Assembly: GCA_013002375.1 (NCBI GenBank) | Contig: JABDJW010000268.1 | Span: 1-15,090 of the forward strand | DNA: 15,090 nt | DNA from: Acidimicrobiales bacterium | GTDB lineage: Bacteria; Actinomycetota; Acidimicrobiia; Acidimicrobiales; SHLQ01 | Reading direction: 5' to 3' | Shown: positions 1-7,731 of the stretch, one piece after another | Layout of the letters: each line of letters starts with the position of its first letter | Numbering within the stretch: position 1 is the stretch's first letter | Notes under the pieces: generated by a model | Told to the model about the DNA's origin: nothing | The model's input: only the letters and a program-made list of their open reading frames with translations | The model's database searches: none | Program-made: the position numbers and the translations under genes

Positions 1-1076
1 GCGCAGGCATGGGTGTCGCCGGCGGCGACGGCGGCCACACCGCTCAGCGTGCCCGAGCCTCCGGGGCCCACGACAGGCACCGGGAACATCGAATCCGCCT
101 TCGTATTGTCTCCGAGCTGGCCATCGGCGTTGTCCCCCCAGCACCACGCGCCACCAATGGCATCCGATGCGCAGTTGAAGCTGTCGCCCGACCCGATTCC
201 GGTGATACCGGTGAGACGCCCGATCCCGCCCGGCCCGACAACTTCGACCGGTGTCAGACGATCAACTGTGGTGTTGTCACCCAGCTGGCCCTTGTTGTTC
301 TCGCCCCAGCACCAGACGAATCCTTCGGTGCGGGCGAGGCAGGCATGGGTCAACCCGCCGTCCACATCGATGATCGACTTCCATTGTTCGACCGCGAAGG
401 AGCTGTTTGCGGTCGAGGTCGGATCACCGAAAGCGGCGTCGGAATCGCTGACGGGGTTCGCCACGGTGGCGACGATCGCCAGACCGAGAACCACCGCGCC
501 GATCGGCATCGCGGCGACACGAGCGTTCGGGCTCGCGGCCGGGAGATCGCGACGCGCTCGCCATTGGTTGTGCAGGTCCTGGAGCATCCACCGTGAGGCC
601 AGCGCCGCGACGACGAGCGCGGCTGCTGCGGCCAGGAGCCGCAGCACGTCCCCTCGCTCGAGCCACACGAGCGGTGTGCCGATCACCGGAACGACGACCT
701 TGCCGATCCCGCGGATCGCCTCCGGCTGAACCGGGGTGGAGTCGACGCGGGGGTTGGCGTCGCCCTGGGTGACGTACGCCCCCGAAGGATTCCGGCTCAC
801 CACTCGATGGGTGACCAGACCGGCACCCGAAGGGTTCTCGAAGACGATGATCGTGCCGGGATCGAGCTGCTGACGCTCGTCGGGAGACGACGTGATCAAG
901 ACATCGCCGACCGACACCGACGGGGCCATCGACCCGGATGTCACCGCGACCGAATCCCAGCCCCGGGCGAGAGGCAGCACCGTCACCCACAGCACGAGCC
1001 ACGTGAGCGCGGCCAGCACCGTCAGGCTCACCAGCCCGATGATGTATCGCGAGACTTCTATGGTTCGGGCGGTCAT
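1..1076 (-). CDS. Archaeal/SipW-type signal peptidase I (S26B) continuing in frame into an RCC1/BLIP-II-like beta-propeller repeat domain; partial, C-terminus beyond the left window edge
   Basis: Minus-strand ATG at 1076 in a frame with no stop down to position 1. The ORF track omits it only because it has no in-window stop. My translation begins MTARTIEVSRYIIGLVSLTVLAALTWLVLWVTV (TM1), then ...VTSGSMAPSVSVGDVLI (SipW catalytic Ser box, SGSMxP), then ...GLVTHRVV (catalytic His about 40 residues later, as in B. subtilis SipW), then a C-terminal hydrophobic anchor LRLLAAAAALVVAALA at about residue 165. From about residue 189 there is an in-frame Met (507-509) followed by a second signal-peptide-like segment. 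After that come three visible RCC1-type blades: GGLTHACLARTEGFVWCWGENNKGQLGDNT, GDSFNCASDAIGGAWCWGDNADGQLGDNT and GDTHACA. Confidence 0.7.
   Translation of the reverse strand, partial: MTARTIEVSRYIIGLVSLTVLAALTWLVLWVTVLPLARGWDSVAVTSGSMAPSVSVGDVLITSSPDERQQLDPGTIIVFENPSGAGLVTHRVVSRNPSGAYVTQGDANPRVDSTPVQPEAIRGIGKVVVPVIGTPLVWLERGDVLRLLAAAAALVVAALASRWMLQDLHNQWRARRDLPAASPNARVAAMPIGAVVLGLAIVATVANPVSDSDAAFGDPTSTANSSFAVEQWKSIIDVDGGLTHACLARTEGFVWCWGENNKGQLGDNTTVDRLTPVEVVGPGGIGRLTGITGIGSGDSFNCASDAIGGAWCWGDNADGQLGDNTKADSMFPVPVVGPGGSGTLSGVAAVAAGDTHAC
423..509 (-). other. Internal SipW-cognate-like signal peptide at the junction of the peptidase and RCC1 parts (n-region RARRD, h-region MPIGAVVLGLAIVATVA, c-region NPVSDSDAAFGD)
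   Basis: Translated minus strand reads ...HNQWRARRDLPAASPNARVAAMPIGAVVLGLAIVATVANPVSDSDAAFGDPTSTANSSF. The AAFGD-PTST-xx-SF stretch closely mirrors AAFTD-STST-xx-SF in the neighbouring TasA-like gene and resembles the TasA-class AAF(N/T)D motif. The Met at 507-509 falls exactly where a normal ~190-aa SipW would end. Confidence 0.5.
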
Positions 1077-1098
1077 GAGGGTTCCGGCCGGGCGCGTC

Positions 1099-1722
1099 CT
1101 AGGACTGGACTTCCCAGGCAAACGTGAGCGCAGTGACCGACTCACCTTGCTCGGAGTCGGGCGCCGCCGCGTCGAGGCTGACGGTCACGCGGTAGGTCTT
1201 CGTATCCGGCGTCGCGGCGGGATCCCACAATCCGGCTCCCGTGGCGTAGTCGGTGTGCGTGGTGTCGAAGTCGGCGAGCGTCCCGCCCATCTCGATGATG
1301 CTGTCGGGTACGAACCCCGCACAGTTCCCGAACGACCCGCCGTTACCTTCTTCGATGGTGAGGTTGAGGTAGGTGCCGAGGTCGCCGGAGTCGGTGTAAC
1401 CGCCCGAATACAGCTTCACAGCCGCCGGGTCGGCCACCGTGCCTTGGTACGTCACGAGAATGCAGTCGCTGACCGCCTGACCGGGAACCAGATCCGGCAC
1501 GGAGAACATCACCGCGTCCAGGTCGTCGTCGATCAGATCGACCGTTCCGGCCGTGAAGGAGTTGCCCGACGTCGACGTCGAATCAGTGAACGCCGCAATC
1601 GAGCTGGTGACGACCACCGCGCTCACACCCACCAAAGAGGCCATCGCCGCGAGTGCGAGCACGACCATCTTGGCCGTGCCGCCGCCCGGCGTTCCCGTCG
1701 AAACACCTTGTCCTGCCATCAT
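1099..1722 (-). CDS. Small secreted protein with a SipW-cognate (TasA/camelysin-class) signal peptide, the putative substrate of the adjacent SipW
   Basis: 207-aa ORF. N-terminus MMAGQGVSTGTPGGGTAKMVVLALAAMASLVGVSAVVVTSSIAAFTDSTSTSGNSF has a hydrophobic h-region followed by the AAF(T/N)D signature of SipW-dependent proteins such as TasA. It sits 22 nt upstream of the sipW-type gene on the same strand. AGGGA lies 5-9 nt before the ATG. GC3 is high. Confidence 0.65.
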   Translation of the reverse strand: MMAGQGVSTGTPGGGTAKMVVLALAAMASLVGVSAVVVTSSIAAFTDSTSTSGNSFTAGTVDLIDDDLDAVMFSVPDLVPGQAVSDCILVTYQGTVADPAAVKLYSGGYTDSGDLGTYLNLTIEEGNGGSFGNCAGFVPDSIIEMGGTLADFDTTHTDYATGAGLWDPAATPDTKTYRVTVSLDAAAPDSEQGESVTALTFAWEVQS

Positions 1723-1920
1723 TCATCCCTGAGTCTCGTTTTCGAATACCTGGCGGTGTATCGACGAATGACCAGCCGTTCTTGACCGATCGGACGGAAA
1801 TGAGCTGTATGACCCGGTTGAGGACACCACGGAATCGCCCCGCTCCTGAAGGGGGCGCGCCGGAACCCACATCGACCGCGGCGGAGGGTCGGGGCAGGGG
1901 CGGCGACAACTCGACCGGGA

Positions 1921-3162
1921 TCAGGCCCCGGTCAGCAGTCGGTGGGCCGCAGCAGCAGCCTCGGCGCCCGACCGAAGAGCGCCATTGATCGATGCGTCGT
2001 GGCGATGGTCGCCGGCGACGATCGCACCCGAGGGCGCTGTGGTGATACCGAGCGCGGTCTGGCCCGGCGGCTGGCGCGGCTGGGCCCGATCGACGCGGTC
2101 GACCCGCAAGAGATCCCACCCCTCGACCATCGGGCCGTACCAGTCTCGGAGCTGGGCGCGGAGTTGATCAGCGATGTCGGGGGCCGAGCGAGCCGGCGTC
2201 GCGACCGACGACGCCACGACGAGCTGACGGCCCGTCGGCGCATACATCGGACTGACCGCCGCCAGATTGGCCACCGAGTTCACCGGACCGGATCCGGTGC
2301 TGTTCAGCACGAGGGTCGACCCGATGGGCACCGGTTGGTTCGACGAGAACCAACAGCTGGTCACGCCGTTCCACCCTCGATCGTCGACACCGGCCAGCTC
2401 GGCGGCCTCGGTCATGCCGGTGGCCACGATGACGGCGCCGGCGTCGACCCGTTCGCCACCGGCCAGCAGGATTCCGTTGCCGTCGACCTTGGCGACCGGT
2501 GTCTGCAGGTGGACCGTGTCGTCGGGCAACCGAGCCAGCAGGTGTTCGCCGATCTGGCCCATCCCGCCGGCGGGAACCACGGCATCGCCGATGGCCAACA
2601 TCCGGAACACGAAGTCGAGCACTCGGCTGGATCCCGACAAGGTGGGATCGAGGGTGATGCCGGCAAACAACGGCTGGAAGAAGCGCTCGATCATGGTCGA
2701 CGAGAAGCCCAGGTCCTCGAGTCGGGCCTGGGCCGTCTGCTCCGGCGCCGACCAGAGTTGGGCGAGGGATTGCCTGGTGACCCGGCGGCGATACCGCAGG
2801 ATGCGCAGCTTGTCGGTCAACGAGCCGACCGGCGCCCGAACGGTGGGCACCAGGTCGGCTGGACGCCGAAAGGGGTCGCCGACGCGGTGGAACGACCCAT
2901 CGATACGCAGCTCGACTCCGGGCTGAAACGGCCGCAGATCGAGGACGTCGTACCGCAACAGCTGCTGAGCCTCCGGGTAGGCATCGAGCAGGATCTGGAA
3001 GCCTCGATCGAGCCGGTAGCCGTCGACGACATCGGTCCGCACTCGCCCACCGGGCCCGTCGGCCCGCTCGAACACGACGACGGATCGACCGGCTTCGCAA
3101 AGCCGAATCGCGGCGGCGAGGCCGGCCAGGCCGGCACCGACGATGGCGACGTCGGCGGTCAT
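1921..3162 (-). CDS. FAD-dependent oxidoreductase of the flavin amine oxidase / protoporphyrinogen-phytoene desaturase-like family
   Basis: True start is probably the ATG at 3162 (MTADVAIVGAGLAGLAAAIRLCEAGRSVVVFERADGPGGR = Rossmann GxGxxG ... E ... GGR dinucleotide fold). The C-terminal ...AIVAGDHRHDASINGALRSGAEAA motif is typical of this family. The ATG overlaps the upstream esterase TGA as ATGA (3159-3162). The listed 522-aa form adds an Arg-rich 5' extension that looks spurious. Confidence 0.75.
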   Translation of the reverse strand: MTADVAIVGAGLAGLAAAIRLCEAGRSVVVFERADGPGGRVRTDVVDGYRLDRGFQILLDAYPEAQQLLRYDVLDLRPFQPGVELRIDGSFHRVGDPFRRPADLVPTVRAPVGSLTDKLRILRYRRRVTRQSLAQLWSAPEQTAQARLEDLGFSSTMIERFFQPLFAGITLDPTLSGSSRVLDFVFRMLAIGDAVVPAGGMGQIGEHLLARLPDDTVHLQTPVAKVDGNGILLAGGERVDAGAVIVATGMTEAAELAGVDDRGWNGVTSCWFSSNQPVPIGSTLVLNSTGSGPVNSVANLAAVSPMYAPTGRQLVVASSVATPARSAPDIADQLRAQLRDWYGPMVEGWDLLRVDRVDRAQPRQPPGQTALGITTAPSGAIVAGDHRHDASINGALRSGAEAAAAAHRLLTGA

Positions 3163-4652
3163 CGCACGCCCGACCAACAATCGATGGTGTCGATCACCGG
3201 GTCGGGGCGCCATGTGGTCGTCGTGTCGAAATCGATCAGCGAACGTTGCTCGGGGCTGTAGGCCAGCCATTCGGGTCCGCCATCGAAGCCGGGCCGGCCG
3301 TGGCGCAGGAACGAGATCCACGTCGCATGCATGATGTCGGCGACGGGCTGCGGATCGGGGCCCGGGCCGATGAAGAGGTCGACGCCCGGCTGATGGAGGT
3401 TGTCGAACACGAAGGGAATCTCCAGGGCATGGCATGCGCCGAGCGCGCCCTCGAAGGCCCGTGATTGCCAGCTGAACCGGTACATCCAAGTATCGGCGCC
3501 GTGCGCGGCTCGAGCGTCGGCCATGCGGACCGCCGGCACGCCGAACATGGCGTCACCACCGATCGCCACCGCCAGGTCGCCGGCCGACGTGGCCCGACCG
3601 GCCTCCCGGTACCGGTCGATCGCGGCGGCCGGATCGGGATGGGTGCGAGCCACGAACCCTTCGAGTCGATCGTCGGTGGTCTGCTGGGTGCCCCACAGAC
3701 GGGTCTCGTCGGCATTGGTGCCCATCAGCACCGGTTTGTCGCAACCGACGCCGGCCGCGATAGCGTCGATCGGCCGGCGCGGTAGGACGACGCCATCGAC
3801 CACCGGGTAGAACGGCGAGTTCATCAAGCCCAGCTCGGCCGGGGAACGGCCGTAGAGCTCCTCCTGGGCGTCGAGCAGCCGCTCGGCGCCGAGCGACCGC
3901 AGGCCCTCGACCGAGCCGGACGCCACGCCGGCGGCCTCGAACAACCAGCGGGCCACCCCTTGGCCTTGTTCGGCGTCGTGGACGGCGTGCGCGGCCCCGC
4001 TCTGGAGGATCGCCTGGGCGAAAAGGGGCTGGGCGGCCGGCAGCGAGAGCAACGTACCGACGCTGAACGCCCCGGCCGATTCGCCGGCGATCGTGACCCG
4101 CTCGGGATCTCCCCCAAAGCTCGCGATGTTGTCCTGCACCCACTGGAGCGCGGCCAGCTGATCCAGGATGCCCACCACCCCGGAGCCGGCCAGCTCATCG
4201 TCGAGATGGTCGAGGTAGGTGAACCCGAAGGCGCCCAGCCGATAGTTGATCGACACCACGACGACGTCGCCCTGCTCGGCGAAACGGGCGCCGTTGTACC
4301 AGGGGATCGCGCCCATGCCGTGGCGGAAGTCGCCGCCATGGATCCACACCATGACCGGCCGAGCGCCATCGACCGCCGGCGTCTGCACGTTGAGCGAGAG
4401 GCACTCGGCTTCATCCCAGGGCAGAGCAGCGGCGCTGGTGAGCCCGTCGCCGGGGCGCTGAGGCGCCCCCTTGGTGAAGCGGGTGGCGTCGCGGGGCTCG
4501 GACCAGGCTTCGACCGGTTGCGGCGGCCCAAACCGGTTGTGGCCGACGGGAGGGGCAGCATATGGAATGCCGGCGAACGAGAGCACGCCGTCGCGTTCGC
4601 GCCCGAAAACCGGACCGGACGTTGTGGTTGCGACTGGACTCGAGTTCACCAT
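3159..4652 (-). CDS. Carboxylesterase/lipase type B family (para-nitrobenzyl-esterase-like)
   Basis: Nucleophile elbow VTIAGESAGAFSV (G-E-S-A-G). N-terminus MVNSSPVATTTSGPVFGRE...FAGIPYAAPPVG matches the family's N-terminal block. I prefer the ATG at 4652 over the listed GTG at 4742, which would overlap the upstream gene. The stop TGA overlaps the next ATG. Confidence 0.8.
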   Translation of the reverse strand: MVNSSPVATTTSGPVFGRERDGVLSFAGIPYAAPPVGHNRFGPPQPVEAWSEPRDATRFTKGAPQRPGDGLTSAAALPWDEAECLSLNVQTPAVDGARPVMVWIHGGDFRHGMGAIPWYNGARFAEQGDVVVVSINYRLGAFGFTYLDHLDDELAGSGVVGILDQLAALQWVQDNIASFGGDPERVTIAGESAGAFSVGTLLSLPAAQPLFAQAILQSGAAHAVHDAEQGQGVARWLFEAAGVASGSVEGLRSLGAERLLDAQEELYGRSPAELGLMNSPFYPVVDGVVLPRRPIDAIAAGVGCDKPVLMGTNADETRLWGTQQTTDDRLEGFVARTHPDPAAAIDRYREAGRATSAGDLAVAIGGDAMFGVPAVRMADARAAHGADTWMYRFSWQSRAFEGALGACHALEIPFVFDNLHQPGVDLFIGPGPDPQPVADIMHATWISFLRHGRPGFDGGPEWLAYSPEQRSLIDFDTTTTWRPDPVIDTIDCWSGVR

Positions 4653-4663
4653 GCCCGCGAACG

Positions 4664-5650
4664 CTAGCCGAGCGCGGGCAGAACCGAGTCGGCGTACAAC
4701 TGGAGGCTCCTCCAGCCCTCGTCGATCGGCATGCCCCCGCACAGCGGGTGGTGGGTCATGAAGGCGAAGTCACCGGCGCCCTGCAGCTCGTCGATCGCCT
4801 CCTGCGGCGACAGCACCCGATAGATGCCCTCCTCGCGGAGCTCGGCCGGATTGCCGGCCGCCGATTTCACGGCTGATTTGTTCGACGGTGGTTGCCACGC
4901 GGCATAGACCGAAGCCTCGTTGAAGAAATACTGGCCGAGTTCGGCCCAGGCTTGATCCGGGTCTTCGTGAATGAAGTTCAGGGTGGTGTTGGGTGCCGGC
5001 ATGATGCACAGGCCGGTCTTGCCGTTGGCGGCCAGCTCATCGTTGTAGAGGGCTTCGAGATCCGGCAGGTGCGCGGCGGGGAAGAACGGCAACCCGAGTC
5101 GCGCCGCCCGCCTGGCCGATGCCGGGCTGGTGCCGCCGATCAGGAGCTGAGGATGCGGTTTGGAGATCGGGACCGGCGTGACCCGTACCGTTTCACCCTT
5201 GTAGTCGAACGGCTCGCCGGTCCACGCGGCCAACATCACGTCGAGCGCTTCGTCGAGCAGCTTGCCCCGACGCTTCCATTCGCGGTCGAGCAAGTGGTAC
5301 TCCGAAGGTCGGTACCCCAGCCCGGTGATGATCGACAACCGACCACCGCCCGAGAGCAGATCGGCCACCGCGATGTCTTCGGCCAGACGAACCGGATGGT
5401 GTTGCGGCACCAGCAGCGCCGAGATGCTGACGCCGATCCTCTTGGTCCGGGCGAACACCATGCAGGCCATGGCCAAGGGCGAGCAGCTCCAACCGTTCTC
5501 CGCGCCGTGGTGTTCCTCGAGGGTGATGGTCGAGAAGCCGTGTTGCTCGGCGAACTCGGCCATGTCGACAAACGCCTGATAGCGCGCCGACATCTCGATC
5601 GGCTCGAGGCCCGGCTGAATCATGTTGAACCGGGCGATGGACATCACCAT
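4664..5650 (-). CDS. LLM-class (luciferase-like monooxygenase) flavin-dependent oxidoreductase
   Basis: 328 aa with typical LLM blocks: ...TITLEEHHGAENGW..., ...LLVPQHHPVRLAEDIAVADLLSGGRLSIITGLGYRPSEY..., ...KPHPQLLIGGTSPASARRAARLGLPF. Strong SD AAGGGGG sits 8 nt before the ATG at 5650. Stop lies 11 nt before the esterase start. Confidence 0.8.
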   Translation of the reverse strand: MVMSIARFNMIQPGLEPIEMSARYQAFVDMAEFAEQHGFSTITLEEHHGAENGWSCSPLAMACMVFARTKRIGVSISALLVPQHHPVRLAEDIAVADLLSGGGRLSIITGLGYRPSEYHLLDREWKRRGKLLDEALDVMLAAWTGEPFDYKGETVRVTPVPISKPHPQLLIGGTSPASARRAARLGLPFFPAAHLPDLEALYNDELAANGKTGLCIMPAPNTTLNFIHEDPDQAWAELGQYFFNEASVYAAWQPPSNKSAVKSAAGNPAELREEGIYRVLSPQEAIDELQGAGDFAFMTHHPLCGGMPIDEGWRSLQLYADSVLPALG

Positions 5651-5750
5651 TGGCTGACCCCCTTGGTCGGGGCCCAGTTTCTGGCACGGCGACGGACCGG
5701 TGCCAGCTCAACGCCGTGAAATCTCGGCGCGGGTGGTGGCTCCGAAGCCG

Positions 5751-6953
5751 CTAGCGCTTGGTACCGGAGCAGACGATGCTGGCGTTTTCGCCCAGCGCGG
5801 TCTCGGCGGCGATGACCGCTCCGTCGACCTCGACCGCACAGCTCAATTCTCCGGTGCCCACTCGCCGCACGACCGCGACGTTGATTTCCTGTTCACCCTC
5901 GAAGACATCGATCGTGGTGCGATACGGCAGCCACACGTCGACCGACAGCGGCACGTTGATGCCATCGTCGATGCTGACCTGGGCCAAGCCCTCACCTTCG
6001 ATGACCACCGAACCCCGCTCGAGCTGACGACCCAGCACCTCGGCCGGTCGATCGCTCGTGGGGACACCATCGGAACCACCGCTGTTGGCGATGGCCAGAC
6101 CGCCGACGAAGAGCGCGGCGATGATCGACGCCGCACCGAGCGCCAGGTTCGTCTGCTGCTCGGGCCGCAGGATCGGCAAGCGACGATCGCTGACCTCGAC
6201 CAGGCCGCGAGCCGAGCGGGCGAAATCACCGTGCATCGAGATCGGCCACACCGTCGAGGAGTCGTACAGTGCGCCGTCGAACTTCACCGCCGTGACGGTC
6301 GCCGAACCGAGGTCGGCACCGCGAAGGTCGGCCTTGCGCATATCGGCGCCGGTCAGGTCGGCATCCCCGAAGCGGGCGTCGCGGAGATCGGCTTCTTCGA
6401 AATGCGCCTCTTGCAGGTTTGCTTTGAAGAAGCGCGCGCCCCGGAAGTCAGCTCGAAAGCCGTGCAGATCGAAGCCGTCGATGTTGTCGAAGCGAGCATC
6501 GCGGGCGTCGGATCGGGTCAAGACCGCGTCGGCCATGACCGTGCCGGTGAAATCGGCCTTGCGAAGGTTGGCGTGAGCCAATCGGATCGAGTTCATCTGC
6601 CGGTTGCGCAGGTAGGAACCGTCGAGGTTGGCCGCGGAGAAGTCGCAGGAGTCGAGCGGATTGCCGGTGTTGATCTGCATCTGCAGATCGCGGCGGCGAC
6701 GGGAACTCTCGCCGATGATGAACCCCCAGGTCACGATGGCACCCAACACACCGGCGCCGACCAGGACCAGACCGGCCTGACGGCTGGTCTCCGACGGCGC
6801 CCGGTCGACGACGACCGCGCCGACGCCGACGATGAGCCCGATGGCCAGAATCAAGGGGACCCATACGGCTCGCCGAATGGTGTCTCGCGCGGCCGCCAGG
6901 GACTGCATCAATCGTCCGGCCAGGGCCGCGGTTTGCTTCCGGAACTTCTTCAT
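5751..6953 (-). CDS. Membrane-anchored pentapeptide-repeat protein with three TM helices and a ~110-aa C-terminal extracytoplasmic domain of unknown type
   Basis: Tandem A(D/N)LxxA pentapeptide repeats: ANLRKADFTGTVMADAVLTRSDARDARFDNIDGFDLHGFRADFRGARFFKANLQEAHFEEADLRDARFGDADLTGADMRKADLRGADLGSA. Hydrophobic helices are AVWVPLILAIGLIVGVGAVVV, AGLVLVGAGVLGAIVTWGFIIG and LALGAASIIAALFVGGLAIA. Start set at the ATG at 6953 (MKKFRKQ...). The listed GTG at 7004 would overlap the divergent neighbour. The antisense 439-aa ORF is D/R/G-rich junk. Confidence 0.65.
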   Translation of the reverse strand: MKKFRKQTAALAGRLMQSLAAARDTIRRAVWVPLILAIGLIVGVGAVVVDRAPSETSRQAGLVLVGAGVLGAIVTWGFIIGESSRRRRDLQMQINTGNPLDSCDFSAANLDGSYLRNRQMNSIRLAHANLRKADFTGTVMADAVLTRSDARDARFDNIDGFDLHGFRADFRGARFFKANLQEAHFEEADLRDARFGDADLTGADMRKADLRGADLGSATVTAVKFDGALYDSSTVWPISMHGDFARSARGLVEVSDRRLPILRPEQQTNLALGAASIIAALFVGGLAIANSGGSDGVPTSDRPAEVLGRQLERGSVVIEGEGLAQVSIDDGINVPLSVDVWLPYRTTIDVFEGEQEINVAVVRRVGTGELSCAVEVDGAVIAAETALGENASIVCSGTKR

Positions 6954-7018
6954 GGTTTGCCAATCGGCACGAGGGACACCAAGTTGAACGGGTGGCTGCT
7001 TCACCCCGCCTGCTTCTG

Positions 7019-7729
7019 ATGATGGCCATGGAGGCTGAGGCCGACCCCGTGCGCCGGGCTCTCGGCATCACCGCCACGGGCCGGCCGGTTCACCCGCGTT
7101 TTCCGTTCGTGCTGTACCACCAGGCCGGCCGAGCCATCGGTGCCGGCGTCACCACCGACATCGCAGTGGCCGTGTACGGCACCGATCCGCGCTTCGGCGT
7201 CGACGCCATCGGCACGCAGCCCGCCGCAGTCGCCACCACCCTGGCCGCGGCCGAGACCGAGCCGACCTTGATCGTGTCGGCCGGGACGGCTGGGGGCTTC
7301 GCCAACCGGGGTGGTGCCATCGGTTCGGTGTATCTGAGCGCCGCGCCGGTCGTGTTCCACGATCGTCGTATCCCGCTGGGTGCCTTCGAGCCATATGGCG
7401 TTGGCTCGTACCCGACCATCGGCACCGACAAGATCGCCGAAGCAGCGGGCGTCGAGCCGGGCGTCGTCACGACCGGCAACTCCCTCGACGCGCCTGCAGT
7501 CGACCGGGCGACGATGGAGTCAGCCGGCGCCCATGCCAAGGACATGGAAGCGGCGGCCGTGGCCTGGGTGGCCGAATCGCTCGGCGTCGACTTCGCCGCG
7601 GTGAAGGCGATCACCGACTTGATCGACACGCCCGAACCCACCGCCGACCAGTTCGAGCGGAACCTCACCCACGCGACCGAGCGCCTGGCCGAGATGATCC
7701 CGGCCGTGCTGCGCGCCTTGTTGCGCTGA
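7019..7729 (+). CDS. PNP_UDP_1 family nucleosidase (5'-methylthioadenosine/S-adenosylhomocysteine nucleosidase- or futalosine-hydrolase-like)
   Basis: MMAMEAEADP (compare MtnN ...GAMEEE), VSAGTAGG (compare NTGSAGG), DMEAAAVAWVA (compare EMEATAIA), KAITDLID (compare RAISDxAD). Start placed at ATG 7019; the listed GTG 6992 is the alternative. Confidence 0.65.
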   Translation: MMAMEAEADPVRRALGITATGRPVHPRFPFVLYHQAGRAIGAGVTTDIAVAVYGTDPRFGVDAIGTQPAAVATTLAAAETEPTLIVSAGTAGGFANRGGAIGSVYLSAAPVVFHDRRIPLGAFEPYGVGSYPTIGTDKIAEAAGVEPGVVTTGNSLDAPAVDRATMESAGAHAKDMEAAAVAWVAESLGVDFAAVKAITDLIDTPEPTADQFERNLTHATERLAEMIPAVLRALLR

Positions 7730-7731
7730 CG

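Noticed and set aside
9-1002. Plus-strand ORFs 9..596 and 13..729, and the minus ORF 424..1002 in another frame
   Set aside because: Pro/Arg/Gly-rich low-complexity translations. They lie antisense to, or out of frame with, the well-supported sipW/RCC1 reading frame and have no motifs.
1723-1920. 198-nt intergenic region upstream of the TasA-like gene, scanned for a sigma-A promoter, dyads and a small RNA
   Set aside because: Only weak -35/-10 candidates (TGGTCA / TATTCG) and short palindromes (CCGATCGG, TTCGAA). Nothing strong enough to call from sequence alone. It probably holds the module's promoter but is unassigned.
1942-3261. 439-aa plus-strand ORF, plus the 310-aa minus ORF 2168..3100 and other overlapping ORFs
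   Set aside because: Antisense or alternate-frame shadows of the FAD-oxidoreductase gene. Arg/Gly/Asp-rich with no Rossmann or other motifs, typical of high-GC shadow ORFs.
4653-4742. Listed GTG start (4742) of the carboxylesterase, which adds 30 residues
   Set aside because: The extension overlaps the 3' end of the upstream LLM gene by 79 nt and lacks homology. The conserved esterase N-terminal block begins right at the ATG at 4652.
6954-7018. Overlapping divergent starts (GTG 7004 for the pentapeptide gene, GTG 6992 for the nucleosidase)
   Set aside because: Divergent genes overlapping at their 5' ends is implausible. In-frame ATGs at 6953 and 7019 give non-overlapping genes and a 65-nt shared control region.
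5700-7019. 439-aa plus-strand ORF opposite the pentapeptide-repeat gene
   Set aside because: Composition is D/R/G/H-rich junk. The minus frame carries clear pentapeptide repeats and three TM helices with high GC3.
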